Below, piece by piece: positions 18,555 to 28,357 of a stretch of 64,000 bases of DNA (positions are counted from its first letter, which is position 1; each line of letters starts with the position of its first letter). This stretch comes from Candidatus Freyarchaeum deiterrae (lineage in GTDB: Archaea > Asgardarchaeota > Jordiarchaeia > Jordiarchaeales > Jordiarchaeaceae). The notes below the pieces were generated by a model. The model did not search any database. It worked only from the letters and a program-made list of their open reading frames with translations, and was not told the origin of the DNA. The stretch lies in NCBI GenBank assembly GCA_037305845.1, contig CP147778.1:3512205-3576204 (forward strand), written 5' to 3'. Position numbers and translations under genes: made by a program.

Positions 18555-19730
18555 ATGAAGGAACCAGTAATTGTTAGTTATGTGAGAACTGCTATTTCTA
18601 GGTCACGTCCCAAAGAGCCGGAAAGGGATGTCTTTAACAGTGTGCGTTCCGACGAATTGGCCGTGATAGTAATTAAAGAGGCTATAAAGAGAGCCGGAAT
18701 AGATGTGAAGAACATTGATGAGTGCATTTTCGGGTGCGCTAATCAAACTGGAGAACAATTCATGTACGGTGGCCGAAATCCAACTCTTGAAGCGCAGCTT
18801 CCGTTTGAGGTCTCTGCTTTGGCTTGTGACCGACAGTGTGCTTCTGCAATGTCTTCAATACACATTGCTGCCATGGAGATTATGACTGGCTTTTCAGATG
18901 TGGTCTTAGCGGGCGGAGTTGAACACATGACCCATATACCCATGGGAATGGGAGCTAATCCTAACATGAAACTTATACAGCAGGAGAAGAGATTCGACTG
19001 GGGGACCGCCGTGAACATGGGGTTAACAGCCGAGAAGCTATCGAAAGAAGCAGGGATTACCAGACAGGTGCAGGACGAGTGGTCTGCGCGCAGTCACCAG
19101 CGCGCTGCACAAGCGCAGACTGATGGATTCTTCAAGGATGAGATTATACCAGTTGAGGTGACTATGGCTGACGGGAAGAAACAGGTAATCGACAGCGACC
19201 AGAGCGTAAGAGCTGATACAACCGTAGAGAAACTCGCTACTCTGCCACCAGCCTTTACAAAGGACGGCATTATCACCGCCGGCAACTCTTCACCATTGAA
19301 CGCAGCTGCCGCTTGTATGCTGTTGATGAGCAAAGAGGCAGCGAAGAAATACGGCTTGGAACCTATGGCAACCATTAAATCTTTAGGGTGGGCGGGAGTC
19401 GACCCGAGTGTCATGGGTAAGGGACCAGTACCCTCAAGTAAGAAAGCGTTGAAAGCCGCAAAACTCACCCCGAAGGACATTGACTTCTGGGAAATAAACG
19501 AAGCCTTCGCGGTAGTGGCACTCTACGCCATACAGCAACTAAAAATCGACCCCGAGAAAGTAAACATTCACGGCGGAGGCGTCGCACTCGGACACCCACT
19601 AGGCATGTCTGGAACCAGAGTAACAGGCACCCTAGCTCGAATTCTACAAGAGCAAGGCGGCAAATACGGATTAGCAACTCTATGCGTTGGTGGAGGCCAA
19701 GGAGCCGCCACAATACTCGAAAAAGATTAA
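18555..19730 (+). CDS. Acetyl-CoA acyltransferase (thiolase), catalytically intact
   Basis: RQCAS, NEAF, GHPLG and CVGGGQG motifs. Confidence 0.95.
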   Translation: MKEPVIVSYVRTAISRSRPKEPERDVFNSVRSDELAVIVIKEAIKRAGIDVKNIDECIFGCANQTGEQFMYGGRNPTLEAQLPFEVSALACDRQCASAMSSIHIAAMEIMTGFSDVVLAGGVEHMTHIPMGMGANPNMKLIQQEKRFDWGTAVNMGLTAEKLSKEAGITRQVQDEWSARSHQRAAQAQTDGFFKDEIIPVEVTMADGKKQVIDSDQSVRADTTVEKLATLPPAFTKDGIITAGNSSPLNAAAACMLLMSKEAAKKYGLEPMATIKSLGWAGVDPSVMGKGPVPSSKKALKAAKLTPKDIDFWEINEAFAVVALYAIQQLKIDPEKVNIHGGGVALGHPLGMSGTRVTGTLARILQEQGGKYGLATLCVGGGQGAATILEKD

Positions 19731-19920
19731 ACAAGGGACAACCAACCAAATCGAGTCCCCTGCCATATCTTTTCATTTTTTTAATTTTTTTCAAAACGAT
19801 TTTTGCCAGTAAAGATTATTTGTGTGTGTTAAAAAAGAATATAAGAAGAGCAGTCTCCAGAATTCTATAGTTGACCCAATTTTTGTTTTTTTCGGGATGG
19901 AGTAATGGAGGTAGATTTTC

Positions 19921-21087
19921 TTGCGAGAAGCGGTTATCGTGGATTATTTGAGAACCCCTATCTCTAAGGCTGACCCTCAAAAGGATTTTTACAAGAACAT
20001 GCGTGCGGACGACCTCTGCGCTCTGGTTATCAGGAATCTGGTTGAAAGAACTGGTGTGAGGGCGGAGGAGATAGAGGAGTGCATTATTGGGTGCTCCAAT
20101 CAGGGAGGCGAACAGTGGACCTATGGGGGTAGAATAGTCAGTCTAATGGCGGGTTTACCCTTCTCCGTGGCTGCTTTGGGGGTTGAGCGTCAGGGTGCCT
20201 CGTCACTTGAGTCGGTGTCTATAGCTGCGATGCAAATAGTGCAGGGCTACGCGGACATAACTGTTGCAGCGGGAATGGAGCACATGCTTCATATACCCGT
20301 AGGTTCCGGTGTGGACCCCAGTCTTCAATTTGTGAACATGAAGTCCTTTGACGCGATACTAGCTTTGAGTATGGGTTTATCCGCGGAAAAACTCGCTCAT
20401 GATTTTGGGATATCTAGAAAGGAAATGGACAAGTTTTCGCTTCAAAGCCACATGAGAGCCGTTAAAGCTAGGAAAGAAGGATTCTTCAAGGAGGAAATAC
20501 TACCCGTGGAAACCATTCTGGACGACGGAACAAAACTGGTTGTGGACTATGACCAGAACGTTAGGGAGGATACCACCCTTGAAAAAATCGGGGCTCTGCC
20601 TCCAGCATTTAAAGAGGACGGATTAATAACCGCGGGGAACTCCACGTCCCTGAACGATGGTGCGGCAGCAGCTATTCTAATGTCGAAAGAAAAAGCCGAA
20701 GAGTACAATCTCAAACCGCTGGCAACAGTGAGGTCCATGGGGTGGGCTGGTGTAGACCCCACTATATTTGGATATGGAGACATACCTGCGTGTAGGAAGG
20801 TTTTGGAGAGGGCGAAACTAAATGTGGGGGAAATTGATTTCTGGGAGATAAACGAAATATTCGCCGTAATCGTTCTGGCCGCCATCAAGGAACTGGGGCT
20901 AGATCAGAAAAGAGTCAACGTGAAGGGCGGAGCCATAGCTCTAGGGCACCCTACCGGAATGAGCGGCGTAAGAATTGTAGGAACCCTAGCAAGAATTCTA
21001 GGTAAAGAGAATGGAAGATATGGAATAGCGTCATCCGCAGCTGGCGGAGGACAAGGGCAAGCAATACTGCTCGAAAAGGAGGCTTAA
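19921..21087 (+). CDS. Thiolase-like protein lacking both catalytic cysteines
   Basis: Full-length paralog with RQGAS, NEIF, GHPTG and SAAGGGQG. Confidence 0.88.
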   Translation: MREAVIVDYLRTPISKADPQKDFYKNMRADDLCALVIRNLVERTGVRAEEIEECIIGCSNQGGEQWTYGGRIVSLMAGLPFSVAALGVERQGASSLESVSIAAMQIVQGYADITVAAGMEHMLHIPVGSGVDPSLQFVNMKSFDAILALSMGLSAEKLAHDFGISRKEMDKFSLQSHMRAVKARKEGFFKEEILPVETILDDGTKLVVDYDQNVREDTTLEKIGALPPAFKEDGLITAGNSTSLNDGAAAAILMSKEKAEEYNLKPLATVRSMGWAGVDPTIFGYGDIPACRKVLERAKLNVGEIDFWEINEIFAVIVLAAIKELGLDQKRVNVKGGAIALGHPTGMSGVRIVGTLARILGKENGRYGIASSAAGGGQGQAILLEKEA

Positions 21088-21316
21088 TCATTTTCTTGAC
21101 ATTCTAATCAGATAAAAATCCTCATTTTCGTCCACAATTTCTAATTTCAAATTTATCTCCGGGCACAGCTTATACAGGAAATCGACATTAAAAGTAATCC
21201 ATTTGAATTTAGAGCTTCTGTTGTTTTTCCATTCAAAATATCTTTCATCAATAATATACTCATTGCCAAAATATTTTCTCACAGTAGGAGTATAATGCTT
21301 CACCAAAAAACTCCAT
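21088..21316 (-). pseudogene. Internally deleted SAM-methyltransferase-like remnant
   Basis: MEFFGEALYSY start in one frame and FKWITF...FYLIRM tail in another; the catalytic core is absent. Confidence 0.35.
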
Positions 21317-21366
21317 AGAATTTTTCACAATCCCTCATCCCAGTCCTATAAACGCTGGTTAAGCTC

Positions 21367-22041
21367 TCAGATCTTTATATCTGGTTTATTAGTAACTACC
21401 CCATCCACACCCAGCATGATAAGGTTTTCAATCGTCGGAGGCTCATCCACAGTCCACGCATAGATTTTCAAGCCATGCTCATGGACTTCTTCAACCATCT
21501 CCCAAGTAATGTATCCATGAAAAGCACAGAGATTCTCAGCTCCCGCGTCAAGTGCTAGCCTACTGGGATTAATAGGAGCCCCTCGAAAGATTACACCAGT
21601 CTTAACTTCTGGATTTAGCTCCTTAACTCTTTTCACGCTTCTGTGGATAAAGGAGGTGACCAAAACGTTATCCAGCATATCATATTTCTCCACTATTTCT
21701 AAAACCCGCTCCTCTATCCCAGCGATTTTCAACTCTATGACTAGTAACGCTTTGCCTTTAACCAGCTCAAGAACTTCTTCGAGAAGAGGTATCTTTTCCC
21801 CTTTACCCGCGTCCAGGCTCCTTATTTCTAGCAATGACATATCTCTCAATTTCCCAGTCCCATTAGTGGTTCGGTCCACGGTATCGTCATGAAAAACCAC
21901 AATGTTTCCCTCTATACTAGACCGAACATCGATCTCCACTCCATCCACACCGAAATCCAGTGCCCTCTTAATGGCTTTCAGAGTGTTTTCAGGCTCGTAG
22001 AAACTCGCACCTCTATGAGCAATAAGCAAAGCTTTTTTCAT
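21367..22041 (-). CDS. Glycerophosphodiester phosphodiesterase
   Basis: AHRG, PENT, EIDV, HD and WTVD motifs. Confidence 0.93.
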   Translation of the reverse strand: MKKALLIAHRGASFYEPENTLKAIKRALDFGVDGVEIDVRSSIEGNIVVFHDDTVDRTTNGTGKLRDMSLLEIRSLDAGKGEKIPLLEEVLELVKGKALLVIELKIAGIEERVLEIVEKYDMLDNVLVTSFIHRSVKRVKELNPEVKTGVIFRGAPINPSRLALDAGAENLCAFHGYITWEMVEEVHEHGLKIYAWTVDEPPTIENLIMLGVDGVVTNKPDIKI

Positions 22042-22460
22042 AGTAAACCAGAAAACTCAAGGAGGTTATATACATAGCCCCAAAATTTCAGCATTTTCTA
22101 AACATATTTTCTAAGATTGGAGTTAAGTTTGGGAAGTCTTCAACCAGGCTGTTCCTTCTTCAATGCAGCCAGTTAAACTATGAGAACACGTGTCCCCCCT
22201 CCCCCGACAATAACAAAATTTATTAGAAGGTTCAAAGGTACATATAAAAAAATAATTAAAATGTATAAAAATATAATAGTGTTGTATAAATAAAATTTGT
22301 ATGTAAACTATTTAAAGGAAAAGCCATTCCAAAAAAAGGGCGTTGAATAGCTAACTAAAAACCGTTAACGATACGGGTAATACGGGAGAAGAGAAGAGAG
22401 GAGGAATAAACTGAAACAGACAATTCGCCTTTTCTGCAGTTCCAGACTAGAAGTAAAAGA

Positions 22461-22535
22461 GAGGGAAACAAGGACTCCAAAACATACTAACTAAAATTGG
22501 AGCCTTGCCCTACGTAGAAACTTTACTGTTTCTAC
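22461..22535 (+). promoter_or_regulatory. Conserved two-hairpin 5' leader element
   Basis: AGGG-AAA-CAAGG-A-CTCCAA...TTGGAG-CCTTG-CCCT followed by GTAGAAAC-tttact-GTTTCTAC. Confidence 0.65.
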
Positions 22536-22565
22536 AACCTAAAAAAAACTAACCATAAAAACTGA

Positions 22566-24677
22566 GTGAAAAACATGAGAAACATCAGAGCAAATAAAAA
22601 GGCACTAAAGATAGCAGCAGTTCTACTCACGGCAGCAACAATCCTCACAGCGGTTGCCAATACCCAAAGCCAGAGCCAAAGCCAAAACGTGTATCCGTTC
22701 ATCAGCTTATACCTGCAGGGCGTCAACCCGCCAAGTCCCAACAACGCCATCGTTCTACCAAAGGCTGACATAGGTACTAGCGTCACATTTGACCACGATT
22801 ACACTGAAACGATAAATGTGACCGCGGACAACATAGTGATAGACGGAGCCGGACACTCTGTAACAGGCCCCGGATCATCCGGGATCGGCTTCAACTTGAC
22901 CGGCAGAAATAACGTGACCATAAAGAACGTCAATGTCAATGGGTGGCAGTACGGCTTCTACCTGTACCAAAGCTCGAACAACAACATCATAAATAACACA
23001 GCAAACAACAACACAAACAGCTACGGCTTCGCCCTACTCTCCGGTTCGAACAACACTCTTACAAATAACACCGCCACAAACAACACCTACGGCTTCGAAA
23101 TATCCTCCGGCTCTAACAACAACAATCTTACAAATAACACCGCCACAAACAACAACTTCGGCTTCCACCTATACTTCAGCTCTAACAACAATAATCTTAC
23201 GGGTAACACCGCAAACAACAACTCTCAATTCGGCTTCTTCCTAGACACCAGCCCCACCAACAATAATCTTATAAATAACACAGCAAAAAACAACGGTGCT
23301 GGCTTCGGCCTATCCTCCGGCTCTAACAACAATAATCTTACGGGTAACACCGTAAACAACAACTACTACGGCTTCTACCTATACTCCAGCTCTAACAACA
23401 ACATCATAAATAACACAGCAAACAACAACACAAACGGCTACGGCTTCTACATACGCTACAACTCGAACAACAACACTCTTACGGGTAACACCGCAAACAA
23501 CAACACAAACGGCTTCTACCTAAACTCCAGCTCCAACTACAACAATATCATAAATAACACCGCAACATACAACACCAACAACGGCTTCTACCTAAACTCC
23601 AGCTCGAACAACAATAATCTTACTGGTAACATTGCAAACAGCAACACCAACGACGCCGGCTTCTACCTATTCTCCAGCTCAAACAATACTCTTTCTGGTA
23701 ACAACGCAACCAGCAACACCATCTACGGCTTCTACCTAGACTCCAGCTCCAACAACAACATTCTTACAAATAACAACGCAAACAACAACGCCCACTTCGG
23801 CTTCATCCTAGACTCCAGCCCCACCAACAATACTCTTACGGGTAACACCGCAACCAACAACTCAAACGGCGGATTCTACCTACACTACAGCTCGAACAAC
23901 ACTCTTACAAATAACAACGCAACCAACAACGGCTACGGCTTCTTTCTACAATACATCTCAAACAACAATACTCTTTTGGGTAACACCGCAAACAACAACA
24001 CAAACGGCTTCTACCTATGGTTCAGCTCGGACAACAACACTCTTACGGGTAACACCGCAACCAACAACTACTATGGCTTTTATTTGAGGGATGCGTCTAC
24101 GGGTAATAACCTCCTAGGTAATACTGCTTTAAACTGTACTGCTACAGGGTATAACTGGACTGCTGACTGTATCAATAATAATTTTACGGGTAGCGTGGAG
24201 AAGTACTATTTGCGTATAAGCGTCGTCGATCTTCTGGGCTCTCCTATTCCGGGTGCAGATGTTTTGGTTGTGACCGATGGAAGAATTGTGTATTGGACCT
24301 CACACTTTATTGTTACACTCCCCATAAGCCCCCCAACCGACTCTAATGGTGTCACCCCCTGGATTGCGGTCCTCTACCGAACGTTCACAACAAACCAGTC
24401 CATGACTATGAACACCACCAATGTTACCGTGTACTATCAGGGAATCTCCGTCTCGGGAAGCAACCCTAGGACGGCTAACATGTCCACATCACACGTGGAA
24501 ACGTTCCAGGTGGCGACGATGACTGCAACGTCTCTAGCGTTTTCCTCATTGATGCTGTCTAATTTGCAGGGAGGAGGAGGCACCAGTCCGCTGGTTTACG
24601 CTGCTATCATAGGTGTCTTGGGCGTGGTTGTAGTAGCAGGTGGTTTGATCTACTACTTCCGCAGAGTGAAAACTTGA
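22566..24677 (+). CDS. Membrane-anchored parallel beta-helix (NosD/CASH-like) surface protein
   Basis: Signal peptide, about 17 repeats of 22-24 aa, C-terminal TM plus YYFRR. ATG 22575 aligns with the paralog start. Confidence 0.9.
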   Translation: MKNMRNIRANKKALKIAAVLLTAATILTAVANTQSQSQSQNVYPFISLYLQGVNPPSPNNAIVLPKADIGTSVTFDHDYTETINVTADNIVIDGAGHSVTGPGSSGIGFNLTGRNNVTIKNVNVNGWQYGFYLYQSSNNNIINNTANNNTNSYGFALLSGSNNTLTNNTATNNTYGFEISSGSNNNNLTNNTATNNNFGFHLYFSSNNNNLTGNTANNNSQFGFFLDTSPTNNNLINNTAKNNGAGFGLSSGSNNNNLTGNTVNNNYYGFYLYSSSNNNIINNTANNNTNGYGFYIRYNSNNNTLTGNTANNNTNGFYLNSSSNYNNIINNTATYNTNNGFYLNSSSNNNNLTGNIANSNTNDAGFYLFSSSNNTLSGNNATSNTIYGFYLDSSSNNNILTNNNANNNAHFGFILDSSPTNNTLTGNTATNNSNGGFYLHYSSNNTLTNNNATNNGYGFFLQYISNNNTLLGNTANNNTNGFYLWFSSDNNTLTGNTATNNYYGFYLRDASTGNNLLGNTALNCTATGYNWTADCINNNFTGSVEKYYLRISVVDLLGSPIPGADVLVVTDGRIVYWTSHFIVTLPISPPTDSNGVTPWIAVLYRTFTTNQSMTMNTTNVTVYYQGISVSGSNPRTANMSTSHVETFQVATMTATSLAFSSLMLSNLQGGGGTSPLVYAAIIGVLGVVVVAGGLIYYFRRVKT

Positions 24678-24679
24678 AA

Positions 24680-24780
24680 TGCGAGTCAGAGGACTCTTGA
24701 CCGATTATTCGGCAGTCTTGCCCTCGGCTCCTCCTTTTTTTATTTAAGTATTATTGGTGTCGAAAGCGGTATTAGAAAAA
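24680..24780 (+). terminator. Hairpin plus T-tract trailer homologous to 2316..2410
   Basis: gact-cttga-ccga-ttat-tcgg-c-agtc, then ctccttttttt. Confidence 0.6.
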
Positions 24781-25398
24781 TTATACGGTCTGTGTGAGTT
24801 ACGATTCTGTTTTGGCTTTCTGATTTTCTTTTTGGTATACCAGTAGATAGATTCACGAAAAAAGGAGGCATGCTTGTTTAATAATTTTTTATCTATGCGC
24901 ATTTAAAAACTAATAAACTAATTATATTGATTTAAAATTGGAAAGATATTTTCTACAAAAAGAAAAATGTTAGATAGGTAGACTATGATTACTAAAAATT
25001 TTATTTTAAAAAAAGGGGGGTAGCAGATTTTTTATTCGACTGCATTTGAGAGGACTACTGCTTTAACCCCCTTTTTAGGAGGACGATTAAAACTTTTAAA
25101 AGGTTCCTGATACCTCTCTCTCAGTTTTTTTAGATTTTCTCTATTTGAAGAGGTTTTGTCTTTCGAATGGGAGCAAATAATTAAAAAAAATTATGCGCTC
25201 TCCATGTGTTTTGTATTTGCCTTTATTAATTATTTAAATTTTGGTGTTAAGTAATGATGACCATTAATGATGACGAGTGATGATGATTACGCGGCATCAA
25301 GTAGTCTATAGGTTAATGATATGAGAGAGATTGAGAGGGTGACATTATTGCTCGATGTAGATTTGAAAAATTAGAACCAGCAGGTGGAGTCGACTTCT

Positions 25399-26076
25399 TT
25401 ATTCTATAATTTCGATAGAAATATCTGCAAAGGATTCATCTTTTTTGTCAGATATTTTCAAAGTTACAACATCACATTTTGCAGTTCTTTTAAAATATCT
25501 TGAAATCACTGTTTCAACAACGCCACAAAGTACATAAAATAGATATGAACAATCGTCGAGATCCTCTAAGAAAGAGGATTTTTTGAATCGATAGAGGGCT
25601 TTGTTTCCTTTTTCATTAAGTTCTACGATTTTTATCTCAGTTTGGAGCTGAAATGGGTCCTGAATATTGAATGTATCTCCAAACAGTTCTAGGAAATTCC
25701 TGTTGGTTAGACTAGAATCAATCACTTCGGGAAAACGAAAATTAAAATATTTGCCAAACTCACTGCCTATTTTTTTGAAGTTTTGTTCCTGATTTGGAAA
25801 ATATCTTTTAAGTCCTGATAGAATTTCTTTACTGAAATTTACCATCCTTTCCCGTGGTAAGTATTTTCTTTCGGCCGAGAGGTATAAATTGTATGCTCCG
25901 ATTCTTTTGCTAATTACCTTTTTTTTAGCTTCCAGACTGGCGACATATTTTGAAACGGTGTTTCTCGAAGCCTGAATACCACTCATAATACTCGCAATTG
26001 TTAAACCCTGTGGATTGCTCTGTATGTAATCCAGAATTTTATCCTCGTAATATATTTTACCATTATTTTTTGGAAT
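25399..26076 (-). CDS. Winged-HTH plus V4R-like domain transcriptional regulator
   Basis: SRNTVSKYV HTH and C-terminal CGVVE...C. The frame stays open upstream of ATG 25986 (YEDKILDYIQSNPQGLTI) to an ATT 7 nt after GGTGA. Confidence 0.7.
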   Translation of the reverse strand: MPKNNGKIYYEDKILDYIQSNPQGLTIASIMSGIQASRNTVSKYVASLEAKKKVISKRIGAYNLYLSAERKYLPRERMVNFSKEILSGLKRYFPNQEQNFKKIGSEFGKYFNFRFPEVIDSSLTNRNFLELFGDTFNIQDPFQLQTEIKIVELNEKGNKALYRFKKSSFLEDLDDCSYLFYVLCGVVETVISRYFKRTAKCDVVTLKISDKKDESFADISIEIIE

Positions 26077-26354
26077 TGTTAATTCACCCTCTTCTATTTT
26101 CCCTATGTTTTATATATTGGCTTCAATATAACCCCAAAAGGAATAAAGAAATCCTTACATATATATTGATTACGATTGCGATTATATATGTAATGCTTAT
26201 GATTAAATGTGGGCGTTTAGAAAAATGATGTAAAATCTCTTCTCCAGTGGACCCTGATCACATCTAGTCCTTTGAGCTGCTCGACCGCAATGTCGCGCGC
26301 CACGGGCACATTCATTTTTGATATTCGGAAAAGGGGGGGCGATTTTCTGAGGCG

Positions 26355-26768
26355 TTAGTGGGTTGTCCCTATCGCCTGTATGATTACTTTGCGTGTTCTG
26401 GGTCCGTCGAGTTCCAGGTGGAGGATTCTCTGCCAGGTGCCCAGTTCTAGTTTTCCGTCATCTACGGGTATGGTTACCGCGTTTTTGGCGAAGGCCGCCG
26501 CTATGTGAGCCGCAGCATTAGTGTCAATTCTGTCATGGTCATAATCCGCCCTACTGAAGACCTCCTGCACCCATCTCTTAATATCATTGAGCAAACCCCT
26601 TTCAGCCTCATTAACCAATATAGCGGCAGTAGTGTGAAGAGTGTAAACAAAAGCAATCCCCTCCCTTATTCTAAAACCATCCACAATAGATTGAACCTCA
26701 CCAGTTATATCCTTCAACTCAATCCTCTCACTAGTTTTAACCTCAAACTGTTTAGAGAATAACTCCAT
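26355..26768 (-). CDS. yjbQ: YjbQ/UPF0047 family protein
   Basis: HTTAAILVNE, NAAAH and LGTWQ..LELDGPR motifs. Confidence 0.9.
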   Translation of the reverse strand: MELFSKQFEVKTSERIELKDITGEVQSIVDGFRIREGIAFVYTLHTTAAILVNEAERGLLNDIKRWVQEVFSRADYDHDRIDTNAAAHIAAAFAKNAVTIPVDDGKLELGTWQRILHLELDGPRTRKVIIQAIGTTH

Positions 26769-26923
26769 CCGTACACCTCCAAAACCAAAACCACAAATAC
26801 AAAACTCAAACCCATACCCTATTTATTCTCGTCACCCCACTACCCTTTATCTCAAGCTTTTAAATAGTTTCTTCAACCAATAATACTCAAAACACCCAAA
26901 GAAACAAACAAATAGACTTACAA

Positions 26924-27056
26924 ACAACCCCCCCTCCTCCGATTCTAGGGGTAGAGGGTAGGGGTGGGGATACACAAGGGGAGGGGAAGGGGCATAGGGG
27001 TGGGGGGGAGGAGATACGTTTAATTCTTGTTATTTTGTTTGGGAACTTTTTAAATA
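26924..27056 (+). repeat. Dispersed G-rich element, copy 1
   Basis: Shares aaccccc.ctcc, gggtaggggt, caaggggagggg..ggggca.agggg and tttgtttgggaactttttaaa with 47462..47600. Confidence 0.75.
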
Positions 27057-27094
27057 TTGGACTGCCTTGAGTATAAGTATATTTGTAGAATTGT

Positions 27095-27205
27095 TTTGAA
27101 AATTTTTAGGATGTATTTTTGATGGTGACTGAAGGATTCGCGGTTATGAAGTGTCCCCATTGCTAGGACAATAATAGCCGTAGAAAAGTTTTCCGGATCT
27201 TAACC
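27095..27205 (+). pseudogene. Internally deleted copy of the 28098 zinc-ribbon gene
   Basis: The gene start (atggtgactgaagga...ccccattgc) is joined directly to the gene end (atagc.gtagaaaagtt); the cag codon has become tag. Confidence 0.8.
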
Positions 27206-27470
27206 AGTTAACAGTGAAGAACTAGAAAGATTAATTTCCTCATTTTTCAAATATTGAAATCCAAAAAACGATTAAAAATGTAGAGGGGGGTAGACGCTGA
27301 ATTTACCTTTCTAAGGGCGAGGGATAAGGACAGAGTAGCCGAATCATGCCGCAAATCTTTTCGTGTTACTAGGCTTAACCAAAGATAGAAGCCATCGTCC
27401 CGCCGATTGATGGTGATAGGAGAAATGTCTTTAATATGAAACTGATTATATTCAGTTGGAGGTATTTAAA

Positions 27471-27692
27471 GTGAAGAAATTGCGTCTGCCGATAATTATT
27501 GAGATGGACGAGGATGGATATTACATTGCAAGCTGCCCGATGTTTAGGGGTTGTCATTCTTATGGAGAAACTATAGATGAGGCGTTGAAAAATATAAGGG
27601 AAGTTATAGACATGTGCCTTGAGGAGACAAAGCTTGAGGATCTCAACGAGTTCATAGAGTTTAGGGAGCTGGAAGTAGTCCGGAATGTCTAA
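27471..27692 (+). CDS. hicB: HicB antitoxin
   Basis: CPMFRGCHSYGETIDEAL; GGAGGT RBS before GTG 27471. Confidence 0.88.
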   Translation: MKKLRLPIIIEMDEDGYYIASCPMFRGCHSYGETIDEALKNIREVIDMCLEETKLEDLNEFIEFRELEVVRNV

Positions 27693-27930
27693 GCTTCCCA
27701 CAATTAAAGGCAGAGAGCTTTTAAAGCTTTTAGAATCTTTGGGTTTTAGTGTCACCAGAACGAGGGGTTCCCATGTTAGGATGAGATCGGAGGATGGGAG
27801 GGTAACCACGGTTCCTGTGCATGGAAACAAAGATATACCTAAAGGGCTTCTGCGTAAAATAATAAGAGAAGATCTGGAGATAAGCTTGGAAGAATTTTTA
27901 GAGTTATACTCAAGATACAAAGGAAAATGA
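27685..27930 (+). CDS. hicA: HicA toxin
   Basis: RGSH...VPVH..KDIPKG. Confidence 0.9.
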   Translation: MSKLPTIKGRELLKLLESLGFSVTRTRGSHVRMRSEDGRVTTVPVHGNKDIPKGLLRKIIREDLEISLEEFLELYSRYKGK

Positions 27931-28097
27931 AAGAGATGACTGACGCTTGGTCTAACATAGCTTACACATTACGCTCTCAGCCCTTACTTCGAGTCATTGC
28001 TCTGTTTATTTTAGTTTTGGGATTTATTAAAATAGTGGAAAAACCGTATATATATTTGAAAAAATTGGGCTTTTAAAATTTTTAGGGTGTATTTCTG

Positions 28098-28289
28098 ATG
28101 GTGACTGAAGGATTTGCGGTTATGAAGTGTCCCCATTGCCAGGAGAATATTGGTATTTACTACGTTATGAGTTTGAAGAAGAAAACGGATAAAGTCATGT
28201 ATGATACGGGTTTTACCTGTCCCAGCTGTAATAATCAGGTGGTCTTGGAAATAAGCAAGATAGCTGTAGAAAAGTTCACTGGTTTTTGA
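28098..28289 (+). CDS. Small zinc-ribbon protein
   Basis: CPHC...CPSC. Confidence 0.75.
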   Translation: MVTEGFAVMKCPHCQENIGIYYVMSLKKKTDKVMYDTGFTCPSCNNQVVLEISKIAVEKFTGF

Positions 28290-28357
28290 CCAACTATTAG
28301 AGTAGAGGACAAAAAATGTGAGGTATAAAGATTGACAAAATCCTAAAAATACTAGTT

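Noticed and set aside
22485-22491. TACTAAC (spliceosomal branch-point consensus) in the leader loop
   Set aside because: It is not exact in the second copy and has no splice context; likely chance.
25250-25290. Repeated RTGATGA (C-box-like)
   Set aside because: No properly spaced CTGA D box, so a C/D sRNA is not supported.
27949-27960. GTCTAAC here and GTTAGAC at ~30715 resemble integron attC R boxes
   Set aside because: I found no complete foldable attC and no integrase.
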